From Tubiluchus corallicola (taxonomy: Eukaryota; Animalia; Priapulida): a stretch of 64,000 bases of DNA. Both the position numbers and the translations under genes were made by a program. This document shows positions 24,572 to 36,700 of the stretch, one piece after another. The notes under the pieces were generated by a model. The model did not search any database and was not told the DNA's origin. It saw nothing but the letters and a program-made list of their open reading frames with translations. The stretch is from contig JAQGDQ010000322.1 of the NCBI GenBank assembly GCA_030141605.1, positions 186,001 to 250,000 on the forward strand, given 5' to 3'. Within the stretch, counting starts at the first letter, position 1. The number at the start of each line of letters is the position of its first letter.

Positions 24572-25750
24572 TGGCAGTTTGCACTCCAGTTTCAAGAAAT
24601 GCTCTGATGCCGAGTTTGTCGTTGACAATCAACAATCATGGAAGCAGAGATAGAACTGGGACATGGTTCAATCAAATTATACTTGTGGCTCCATGCGAGA
24701 AACAGTACAACATTACCTGCTCGAGTTTCCCTAATATACAGCCAGTAGGATGAATCCTGAGGAAAAACTAAATCAGCTACATCAACAGAATGTTTTCCCG
24801 TTTAATATACATAACTTGAGTAATCAACTGAAAATTTCCACATTTCTTTTGTTCTTTACGGATTCTTAACAATGTTCTAAAATGTTACATTGTTTCAAAC
24901 AATCTAAGACTATATAAAATCTACGAGCCTCTTTTGTCTCAATTAATTGTATGTAGTATCACTAATTTAACATCAATATTTAAAGGAAGACCGGACGATT
25001 GTTTAGACTCAATCTCATTTTAATTTACTATCAAAACATTTTCTTGCCTATAAAAGTTAACAATTGTTACTTAAATTTGAAAAAATTAGCTTTGAAAGTT
25101 AATTAACGGCAACTGAATATCAGCTATTTTTTGCGTCAGGAACTTTTTGCGGCAGGCGTCTTCCCTTGCACATCAACAACGTTTGCGTGTTACATTACTA
25201 CTTAAACGCGTGATGTCACGAAAATGGGCTCTACGTCATATGACATCTGAAGCTGACACTGCAGTTCATGATCATGCTTATCACGGTACCACCTTCTATT
25301 TGTCGGCCACGTGAATATGACAAAAGGCGCCGCTGCCAATCTTAGTAGATTCACTGAGCCGCACGTAGCTTTGAAAGTTTAACGAAATTTGAGTATCCGA
25401 TGTAATTATTATTTAATCTAAGCTTTGATTTAATAAAAGCTATCGTATTTTTCAATATTTTAGAGCATTTCTCATTCTGAACTCGTGTTTACACAATCAT
25501 CCGGTTTTCCTTTAAATCATTACTAACACATAATTGTCATGCATCGCATTTTGTGTCATCTATTTCTCTTGCATTACATTGCATTTCTAAGGTATTATTA
25601 ATCAGTTATGTATAACTGCATACCAAAGGTTATGACTAAATAAAAATATGTTTAGATAAAAACACTAATAATGAAACTTGTTATTTGTACAAAATATATT
25701 CAATACCGTCACAATTTATTTCAATGCATTTTTATTATATTAACACAAAA

Positions 25751-26266
25751 TCACTTCTCATTCTTGTAGTTAAAAATATTAGGAGGTAAAGCAAGCTGTG
25801 AGGTAAGACACTGATTAAGAACTTCTAGCAAATGATTGTTCTCTAATGCAGCAGCTATTCTTTCCTTATCTGCTAGTTGCTTGTTAATTGCATCTTCGGA
25901 TACGTGAGTTCCTGGAGTGATTGAGACCGTAACTTTAAAACGAGACGGTAACACTCGCAGCAGCTTCACTCTGATTGACAATCCGATCAGTGTTGCCATG
26001 CTACAATGAGGTATAGTCGGAGTAAACTCCACATTCACCACGTTGGCATCATTATCCACTTCAACGCGCGACTGCTCGATGACATTTAGCGTTTCCAGCG
26101 ATAATGGATGCTCCGGATCTTTTATTATGCGGAGATGGTCAAATATCTCTCGGCAGTCGATCGGATCGGAAATGTCATTATCAAGCTCTTCTTCAAGTAG
26201 CTCGCGTTCTTTTAGCGCTTCATGAATCGTGGGGTTATAATTCTGCAATCTGTCACTTTCTTCCAT
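25751..26266 (-). CDS. CIAO2B: Cytosolic iron-sulfur assembly component 2B (FAM96B/MIP18), 171 aa, intronless CDS
   Basis: [81 protein letters not shown]: CIA2B-type signature. Confidence 0.96.
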   Translation of the reverse strand: MEESDRLQNYNPTIHEALKERELLEEELDNDISDPIDCREIFDHLRIIKDPEHPLSLETLNVIEQSRVEVDNDANVVNVEFTPTIPHCSMATLIGLSIRVKLLRVLPSRFKVTVSITPGTHVSEDAINKQLADKERIAAALENNHLLEVLNQCLTSQLALPPNIFNYKNEK

Positions 26267-26276
26267 CTCTCATCAA

Positions 26277-27135
26277 TCTGCAATTGAACGAAATAATAGT
26301 GATAACTACTACAAGTACTATAATGTGTAACACAGTAAGTTAATTTTCATTGATACCTACAGTAATTAAACATCCTTAATGTAGCATCATTAATATACAG
26401 TTAAGTATACAACTTTGAAGCACACATGATTCATGTATTCAGAAACAAATCTGCGAGCATGACACAGTTTATTACTTACTCATCTCAGTGTGATATTAAT
26501 AGCTCTGTTAACCCATCCTTCCTGTTTTCCCACTGTTATCTTCTTTCTAACTACTAACACTTCCAGTTTTTTCCAACACTAACCTCTTTCCAGTCCTCTG
26601 TCAGAATGCACAAGATCATCATTTACTTTTGGCAGTCAAACAAAATAAATAAAATCTATTCGATGTATTAGTATTACTGTATATTATCTATCTATGTACT
26701 TTTCGTTATAAAACTTGTAATTATTTTTCTTTAATGCGGAAATTAATGCTACATTACAATAGCTCCAAAACCCAGACTTCCTCTCTGTTATTATTTTTCG
26801 ACTTTTACTCTTTCTGTAGTCTTTAGCACTTCTTTAGCTTCATACTCATATAGCTCAAATAGCGTAAATAAATAAACTTGACCCAAGTATTAAATAGAAA
26901 TAATCAAATCCAAATACCAAAATGACAATCTTGTCGGTAAACCAGAATATGGTTGTGGGTGGTAACCAATACGTTCGTGAACAATTTCTTGGCGAGATTT
27001 TTGAGGCACTGGCAAATTGGCTTCAGACTTGTCTGTTGTTTTTGATTTTCGTTGTTCGACCTCCTTTCTTAAGGTATCGTATTCTTCAAGATCCTCTAAT
27101 TTTAATTCAATTCTCGTGGGGTTTCGACGAATCAT
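26277..27135 (-). CDS. CDC26: Anaphase-promoting complex subunit CDC26 (APC12); 72 aa if spliced (27135-26918 + 26277), 81 aa if unspliced (stop at 26890)
   Basis: MIRRNPTRIELKLEDLEEYD is the CDC26 N-terminal motif; ERIGYHPQP matches the conserved RIGYKP motif. A splice acceptor lies at 27182. The 3' end depends on the predicted splice. Confidence 0.92.
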
Positions 27136-27519
27136 TACACTGACAATAATGTCTCGTGTTATTTCAATACCCACTAAGTTTCTACAGGATACATAAACGC
27201 ACAATGGGGAATCTTTCAATTACGCTTGTTTCAATCGGTGTTTACGCAAGACAACCATTCAACGGTTTTGCATGTCAGAATTAAAAGGACAAAATGCACA
27301 AAAAGATAATGACTTCTGTCGGTCTTCACTTATTTACACCACCACCACTACAATTATATATTTATGTATAATATTATCATCATTGTATTCGATTACTGAG
27401 CTTAACTAGTTTAATTTATTATAATTTTGCTGAGTGGAGTCTACACAAAACTCGACCCGAGCTCTACAGAATGATATTGTCTCAGAAAGTATGTGGATCC
27501 TCAAATTGCATGATTCTGA

Positions 27520-27877
27520 AACTCTTATCAGTCTAGACAAAATACTCAAATGTTCACATATTCTCACTTTAAAGTGTCTGGAAGTTTTACCATGGTAAGC
27601 AGCATTGCAGCTGTCACACTGAAATCTATAAATATTAAGGAATGCAGGTATTTTGTTTTTAAATGGTAAAACACTCAAACAGTGGCAAACACTTTAAAGT
27701 AAGAATATTTGAACATCTGGATATTTTGTCTAGAATTGGCAAGAAATTTAAAAAATCTCAAATTAGCATTTTAATGAAGATATTTGTGCTTCTGGCTGCA
27801 AAGTTGATTTTAATCATTTCAGCACTAAGTTTAAATTGCGTCCAGAGCTACAAATGGGACTTATTAATAAAAGAAAG

Positions 27878-27890
<13 letters not shown>
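27520..27890. mobile_element. Penelope-like GIY-YIG endonuclease fragments in inverted arrangement
   Basis: Minus strand IYRFQCDSCNAAYHGKTSRHFKVRICEHL; plus strand KHFKVRIFEHL...DLLIKESL. Confidence 0.75.
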
Positions 27891-27908
<18 letters not shown>

Positions 27909-30797
27909 CTATCTATCTATATATATATAAACACACAAGCGCTTCATCTAATTAAATCTGTCCTTAATAAGCCTTCTCTTAGTGTGCAAAGCAGTTTAAT
28001 ACCATTAACTGTATTATTATTATTATTATATACTTATTAATAAAGGTCCTTTATTTAATATTAATGTCTGTGATCACAGTCATTTTGCATTAAAAGTATA
28101 CATTTCGTAAAATAACAAGAAAGAATAAACTATGCTAAGACTAACATGTATAGATAGTTGGTGAGCTAGAAAAAATGGAGAAATCATCTGACAGTGATCA
28201 GTGATTGCACATGCTGCGAGTGCGATATACCGCGTGAATTGTGTATGATGTTGAGTGAGTTTTAGTTGGTATCGGCCAACGTTTAATTTTTTTGTTTTTT
28301 TGAAATGAGTTGTAAGTGCTAGAGAGTATTGCGTTAACAGCCACAGTAACCTGATTTGTGAAAAGTGCGAATTGGAATAGCTGGTATGAGTTTCTATATT
28401 ATATGCTTTGTTTTGATGGTTTCACATGCAAAATTAATTGGAGGTAAAATGGCACATTATTTGGGGTTAGGGTTATTGTCGGAGATAATTATTTTAGTTA
28501 TCACTACCGTTGCCAAGGAAGTTATTTACTTCCACTTCTGAGACAAGTTTAGAGAGAAAACATAAATGTACAACGTGTGATAAAAGTTTAAAACGATTAA
28601 CACAGGTTTAACAAGAGAGATAACTAGTATAGGCAAAAAGCCTACTTTTACTTTAGGCTTTGCCCTGTCGATCTACGGTAATCTATGCTTCAACACAGTT
28701 TATTAGTTTATCTGATAGGCTGCTTTTTGTGTGTAATAGCAGTAAATCAGTTACACAAAACTGTTTTCCATGAAACTTTGTGAAGAAGGCGGGTATAGGC
28801 TGCCAAAAGAGGCATTTTTTGCTGTTCTTTTTTAGCAAAACTTGACCGAACACGTCATACAAAAACATTCGTGAAGCACTTCGTGGAGTCTCAGAGGGAG
28901 TGTTTAGTATTTCTTTTATATTATCTCCACCAGGAAAAACACCTACGAGTTGATACCAGGTTCCATTTCAAGAAATTTTTGCTTGGCAAGCTGTGTAATG
29001 CCATCTATAACCTTTACTTATTAATATGTATAGCCTACCTGACTTAGTACATAAATTCAAAAATTTGGTTCAATTCAATTCAAAATGTGCATTTATTTCC
29101 ATATTCATGATATAATTGAGGCAAGTAAATTTATTTAATTATCACAATGGAAATAGGATGGTGAAAGACCAGGAAGGTCAACTGGTCAAGCCATCCTTCA
29201 ATGGATGTAGGTGATTATTGGGATGACACTGTAGCTATTTCACTCATGAATAGTAGTGAAATTACATTATTACTATTTTACTTAGCAACTTGATCTGTTT
29301 AAAATTCACTAATCAACTTTAAATAACTGAAGGATGAAAATGCAATCAAAAATATCTAAACATACAGGAAAATGATGAAAAATGGTAAGCAATGGTAAGT
29401 GAAAGCCAAATAATGTGGTACAAATGAATATAAAAATGATCAAAATTGAAGCTGTCATATCGTCCATGCATAACTCAAAATGAGAAAAACATGCAAAATA
29501 ATAACAATAATATTAAATAAAAAATAATAAAAAACAAATTAAATGAAGTGAAAAGTAAGCTAGCCAAACAGAATTTAAATAAACTTTCAAATAGGGAACT
29601 GAATCAAACTGCAAAATACATGCATTAAAATAATAACAAACATGTCTGATTAATAAACCAAACAAAAGAAAAACAAATAAGATCTGCTAAGTTTGAGTCA
29701 TATACCGAAAATTGATACTGGTGAGTAATTTGTGATTGTAATTCATGCAGTCGTATCCTAATAAATACACGAATATGATATTTTCCTAGATAATAAACTT
29801 GTGACAGATTATTCCTATCATAAAGCACTATTATCACATATTTGTGTGCGCTGAAAATTATCAAAATAGAAAAATATTTGTAAGTTTATGAAGAACAGTA
29901 ATGCAAAAGTAAGTGTAAGCGAAATTTTCGCGTAGCTGATCTAAAGAAGGAATTGCTAGTGAATTCTCTTGAAAGTTTATTCGACAGCACTGTGCTGTTA
30001 TATTTTAATGTGCTTATAATAAATACGTATATATGTCAGTCTATTACCACCACTAAAATAAATGGTTAAAGCAAAACAGGATGATATTTCATTTCCTACG
30101 CAATTCTGAAGTACAGTAAATGTCTACATTTAACACATATAATAATGCCAAAGCATTTCTGATAATTAGATAAGAGGTTAAAAACTTCATTAATGGCGGG
30201 CGAGCTTAGCTGGTGGTGACATCACATTCGAACATAATTTTCAACAACATAAACATTCCATCACCCATGAAAGCGAAAACTGAAGTACAGTGCTATTGTA
30301 CAACATTGAGTGTAATATACCAAAGCTCAACAAACTATGAGATAAAAATTGAAATTTTAAATTTACTGCTGTGCTCACCCATGAACTCTCGAAGGTGTGT
30401 AGTTTGTCACAAACTAACTAGTCTGAACTGAGAGGTGCAGCATGTTTTTTTATGTAACACATTTCCAAACTGCACGCGCTAGTGCACATCAAATGAACTC
30501 AAGCGAAATGCATGTAACAGTGAAGAACTAGTGGTGCGAAATTACTTTTTTGTGATAATTTTTTCACGTAAGTCATTTTTGAAAAAAATAGTATGTTTCC
30601 TTTCAATGTTTTAAAAGAGTAGATTGTTTTGACGTGCAGTTTAAGATTGGGTCCAGTTTTGCTTTAACTTACCGATAATGTAGAAACATTAATAATATTT
30701 TAAGATGATAGGCGTATCAGAGGGTAGAAAAACTATATATTCACTCTATGATGTTACTACTTTCAGGGTTTCACCGTAACTAGTTCTAAACAGCAAT

Positions 30798-33700
30798 ATG
30801 TCTGACAAGTCAGATAGCGAAGAAGAAGTCTCATATGTAAAAAAGGACAAGGTTATTCATTATGGGAGTCTGGAAGTAAAAGAGAAAGAAAAGAAGAATG
30901 AGGGTGAGAAGAATGAAGATCGCGCAGTCTCAGTTGATGTGGAGGCTGCCATTAAGACGGGACACATCAATTTCTCGGAAGGTATAATTACACTATAACA
31001 TGTCTTTTTATATACATCTTTCTTTTCATATGTATATATAAAAGAAAAATATACATATATATATTTAATCAAGAGGGACCACGAACCTTACTGAAAAGAA
31101 AGGATACTTTTGGAAAGTTGGTCTTTATTTTAATATTTTGTGGAGTTAAAAATTTCAGTAATAAAAATGTGCTAGTGTAATTTTTTTAGTAGCAAAATCA
31201 ATTTAAAGTATCAGTTGTTTCACAGCTAGCTACATTCATTTTAAATGAGTAGTGTAGTTATTGTCTGACAAGTATCAAGGCCAGGCTGGCCAGGTGCTTA
31301 ACCTGCTGTCTATGTGTTTTGCAGTAATGTGGTTACAGTTTTCAGCTATCTGTAAACAACCTAAAATATTAAACTTGACTTTTGAATTACTGTTTTATGA
31401 TGAATATGGTGGTCTCGTGTTAAATTACCGACATACTAAAACAATAATTTCTGCAAAGTTATAAAATAATTAACTTTAATAGCTGAATCTGAACTTTACA
31501 AAACTAAGTAATTTACCGCACCTCCTGAAAAGTGAACATTAAGCTGAGGTCTGATCCCGAACACTATTTTCAAAACTTTGTCCCGCTTTTGCTATGGATT
31601 AAGACCATGTGTGTACTAAGAGTTTTCGCTAGGAGGTTCCGCATCAAGTTACAATTTAAACTTTTACATACCTAAACTTACACTCAAGTTTCTGAAATTT
31701 CCAATTAAATTGTTAAGGTTTGATGTTAGGTTGAAATGGTGTGAGCGGTTTAGTTTGGTGTTGGGATGTTTGATGATATTTGTTTTGGCTTCATTATAGC
31801 GTTGAAAATGACATTTGCTGTCAAAACGGAGGTCTACACTACTAGACAACATGTAAAACTTTATTTTGGATGACTGTTTCATTATATTTGTTTTTGGAAG
31901 GGGAAGTACATAGTTTTCGACTGAATATCTTGTGTAATGATCATGTTGATTTGAAACCAGCTTTTCAGTCATACTTTAGTCCAGTTTCAAATCAACATGA
32001 TCATTACACAAGATATTCAGTTGGAAACTATGTACTCCCCCTTCCAAAAACAAATATAATGAAATGGTCATCAATTCCACGTGAAATGAAAACTCGTAAT
32101 CTCTATCAATTTAAAAAAGCGTCAAAGAATTACCTACTACAACGGTATAAATAACCCACAATTTTACTCGTGCTGATCTTAAGTTACTAACAAAACTTAT
32201 TTTGTTCTAATGTAAATTATAACTGATGAAAATACTATGTAATGTTAATTGTCAATTATTCCACTTATCTGGAGGAGGACTCGAAAGCTCAATGCTCCTT
32301 CCTCCTCCTCACAGTGACTTATTTTTTTTATTTTATTTATTTTTTTTCAATGTTATATAAATTTATATGTATGTTTGAGTTGCTGTGGAATAAATTCATA
32401 ATTCAATGTTTCGTTGCTTATTCGTGTGTACAGTGTGTTGCAATACAGAAATTTTAATAGATTTTTGATTGAGTTGTAGCTTTTGCCGAAGTAACTCATG
32501 TTATAATATGTGCATTTTAACTGCTGAACGGTAAAAATGAATGTGAATCCTGTGATTGCTGAAAATTTCAGGGGAGGTGATGGAAATTGAAGAAGAGCCA
32601 AAAGAATCGCAGAAAGAGCTTTTGTTGGAGTTCGAAAAACGAAGGAAGGTAGTGTACACTTTCTCTCTCTCTCTCACACACACATACACACTCTCTCTCT
32701 CTCACTCTCTCTCTCTCACTCTCTCTGTCTCTTTCTCTGTCGCACACACATTCTCTCTCTCACTCTCTCTCTCTCACTCTGTCTCTGTTGCAGATAGTCA
32801 TAAATATTCTTGCCAGTGTTTCCTTGCATGGCATGTAAATGGTGAACCACGTAATGGCTACTTAGCTGACGAAATGCGCCGTTCTCGAATATGTACACTT
32901 TCTTGTGTAGATATTAATTGTTTTTTTAGTGCTTATAAGCTTCTCGTCTGGTTATAAGAACCTGGTAAAAATCTTTTACATTTGTTGTTCGTTTAGGCTC
33001 GGCAAATAACAGTTCCTACAGATGATGTTGAAGTAAAAGCCAAACTGAGGGAGGTCGGACAGCCTATTTGTACGTATGCTTGAAGCCTTAAACCATTTTT
33101 TAATTGTATGTTAGATTTGCTTTTAAAGTTTTTGTGTTCATTTTGAAAATACCTTTCACGGTAATGCTTAAATTCAAGAATCTGTTGCTTTTATTCGTGG
33201 ATGTTAAGGGAAAGAACGAGTCACTCAGTATGTTGGGTTTATTTTACTGTTGTCACTTAAACTGTTTGTGGTGTGCTAGAGGAAAGAACGAGTCACTCAG
33301 TATGTTGTGTTTATTTTGCTGTTATCACTTAAACTGTTTGTGGTGTGCTAGAGGAAAGAACAAATCACTCAGTATGTTGGGTTTATTTTACTGTTATCAC
33401 TTAAACTGTTTGTGGTGTGCTAGAGGAAAGAACGAGTCACTCAGTATGTTGTGTTTATTTTGCTGTTATCACTTAAACTGTTTGTGGTGTGCTGAAGGAA
33501 AGAACGAGTCACTCGGTGTGTTGGGTTTATTTTACTGTTATCACTTAAACTGTTTGTGGTGTGCTAGAGGAAAGAACAAGTCACACAGTATGTTGGGTTT
33601 ATTTTACTGTTATCACTTAAACTGTTTGTGGTGTGTTAAAGGAAAGAACATGTTACTCAGTATGTTGGGTTTATTTTACTGTTGTCACTTAAACTGTTTG

Positions 33701-36700
33701 TGGTGTGCTAGAGGAAAGAACAAGTCACACAGTATGTTGGGTTTATTTTACTGTTGTCACTTAAACTGTTTGTGGTGTGTTAAAGGAAAGAACAAGTCAC
33801 TCAGTATGTTGGGTTTATTTTACTGTTGTCACTTAAACTGTTTGTGGTGTGTTAAAGGAAAGAACAAGTCACTCAGCATGTTGGGTTTATTTTACTGTTG
33901 TCACTTAAACTGTTTGTGGTGTGCTAGAGGAAAGAACGAGTCACTCAGTATGTTGTGTTTATTTTACTGTTGTCACTTAAACTGTTTGTGGTGTGCTAGA
34001 GGAAAGAACAAGTCACTCAGTATGTTGGGTTTATTTTACTGTTGTCACTTAAACTGTTTGTGGTGTGCTAGAGGAAAGAACAAGTCACACAGTATGTTGG
34101 GTTTATTTTACTGTTGTCACTTAAACTGTTTGTGGTGTGCTAGAGGAAAGAACAAGTCTCTCAGTGTGTTGTGTTTATTTTACTGTTGTCACTTAAACTG
34201 TTTGTGGTGTGCTAGAGGAAAGAACAAGTCGCTCAGTATGTTGGGTTTATTTTACTGTTGTCACTTGAACTGTTTGTGGTGTGCTAGAGGAAAGAACAAG
34301 TCACTCAGTATGTTGGGTTTATTTTACTGTTGTCACTTAAACTGTTTGTGGTGTGCTCGAGGAAAGAACAAACTCAGTATGTTGGGTTTATTTTACTGTT
34401 GTCACTTAAACTGTTTGTGGTGTGTTAAAGGAAAGAACAAGTCACTCAGCATGTTGGGTTTATTTTACTGTTGTCACTTAAACTGTTTGTGGTGTGCTAG
34501 AGGAAAGAACGAGTCACTCAGTATGTTGTGTTTATTTTACTGTTGTCACTTAAACTGTTTGTGGTGTGCTAGAGGAAAGAACGAGTCACTCAGTATGTTG
34601 TGTTTATTTTACTGTTGTCACTTAAACTGTTTGTGGTGTGCTAGAGGAAAGAACAAGTCACTCAGTATGTTGGGTTTATTTTACTGTTATCACTTAAACT
34701 GTTTGTGGTGTGCTAAAGGAAAGAACAAGTCACTCAGTACGTTGGGCTTATTTTACTGTTATCAGTTAAACTGTTTGTGGTGTGCTAAATGAAAGAACAA
34801 GTCACTCAGTATGTTGGGTTTATTTTACTGTTATCACTTAAACTGTTTGTGGTGTGCTAGAGGAAAGAACAAGTCACTCAGTATGTTGTGTTTATTTTAC
34901 TGTTGTCACTTAAACTGTCTGTGGTGTGCTAGAGGAAAGAACGAGTCACTCAGTATGTTGTGTTTATTTTACTGTTGTCGCTTAAACTGTTTGTGGTGTG
35001 CTAGAGGAAAGAACAAGCCACTCAATGTGTTGTGTTTATTTTACTGTTGTCACTTAAACTGTTTGTGGTGTGTTAAAGGAAAGAACAAGTCACTCAGCAT
35101 GTTGGGTTTATTTTACTGTTGTCACTTAAACTGTTTGTGGTGTGTTAAAGGAAAGAACAAGTCACTCAGCATGTTGGGTTTATTTTACTGTTGTCACTTA
35201 AACTGTTTGTGGTGTGCTCGAGGAAAGAACAAACTCAGCATGTTGGGTTTATTTTACTGTTGTCACTTAAACTGTTTGTGGTGTGCTAGAGGAAAGAACG
35301 AGTCACTCAGTATGTTGTGTTTATTTTACTGTTGTCACTTAAACTGTTTGTGGTGTGCTAGAGGAAAGAACGAGTCACTCAGTATGTTGTGTTTATTTTA
35401 CTGTTGTCGCTTAAACTGTTTGTGGTGTGCTAGAGGAAAGAACAAGTGTGTTGTGTTTATTTTACTTTTGTCACTTAAACTGTTTGTGGTGTGTTAAAGG
35501 AAAGAACAAGTCACTCAGCATGTTGGGTTTATTTTACTGTTGTCACTTAAACTGTTTGTGGTGTGTTAAAGGAAAGAACAAGTCACTCAGCATGTTGGGT
35601 TTATTTTACTGTTGTCACTTAAACTGTTTGTGGTGTGTTAAAGGAAAGAACAAGTCACTCAGCATGTTGGGTTTATTTTACTGTTGTCACTTAAACTGTT
35701 TGTGGTGTGCTAGAGGAAAGAACAAGTCACTCAGTATGTTGTGTTTATTTTACTGTTATCACTTAAACTGTTTGTGGTGTGCTAAAGGAAAGAACAAGTC
35801 ATTCAGTATGTTGGGTTTAGTCTACTGTTATCACTTAGACTGTTTGTGGTGTGCTAGAGGAAAGAACAAGTCACTCAGCATGTTGGGTTTATTTTACTGT
35901 TATCACTTAAACTGTTTGTGGTGTGCTAAAGGAAAGAACAAGTCACTCAGTATGTTGGGTTTATTTTACTGTTATCACTTAAACTGTTTGTGGTGTGCTA
36001 AAGGAAAGAACAAGTCACTCAGTATGTTGGGTTTATTTTACTGTTATCACTTAAACTGTTTGTGGTGTGCTAAAGGAAAGAACAAGTCACTCAGTATGTT
36101 GGGTTTATTTTACTGTTATCACTTAAACTGTTTGTGGTGTGCTAAAGGAAAGAACAAGTCACTCAGCATGTTGGGTTTATTTTACTGTTATCACTTAAAC
36201 TGTTTGTGGTGTGCTAAAGGAAAGAACAAGTCACTCAGCATGTTGGGTTTATTTTACTGTTATCACTTAAACTGTTTGTGGTGTGCTAAAGGAAAGAACA
36301 AGTCACTCAGTATGTTGGGCTTATTTTACTGTTATCAGTTAAACTGTTTGTGGTGTGCTAAATGAAAGAACAAGTCACTCAGTATGTTGGGTTTATTTTA
36401 CTGTTATCACTTAAACTGTTTGTGGTGTGCTAAAGGAAAGAACAAGTCACTCAGCATGTTGGGCTTATTTTACTGTTATCACTTAAATTGTTTGTGGTGT
36501 GCTAAAGGAAAGAACAAGTCACTCAGTACGTTGGGCTTATTTTACTGTTATCAGTTAAACTGTTTGTGGTGTGCTAAATGAAAGAACAAGTCACTCAGTA
36601 TGTTGGGTTTATTTTACTGTTATCACTTAAACTGTTTGTGGTGTGCTAAAGGAAAGAACAAGTCACTCAGCATGTTGGGCTTATTTTACTGTTATCACTT

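Noticed and set aside
27136-27219. 28-aa N-terminal extension of CDC26 in the ORF track
   Set aside because: Starts at a non-ATG codon and crosses the acceptor at 27182; the conserved motif begins at ATG 27135.
33104-36581. Long Cys-rich ORFs (562, 228, 312 aa) as protein-coding genes
   Set aside because: They are translations of a 63-bp satellite; PRPF4 exons 3 and 4 join in frame across it.
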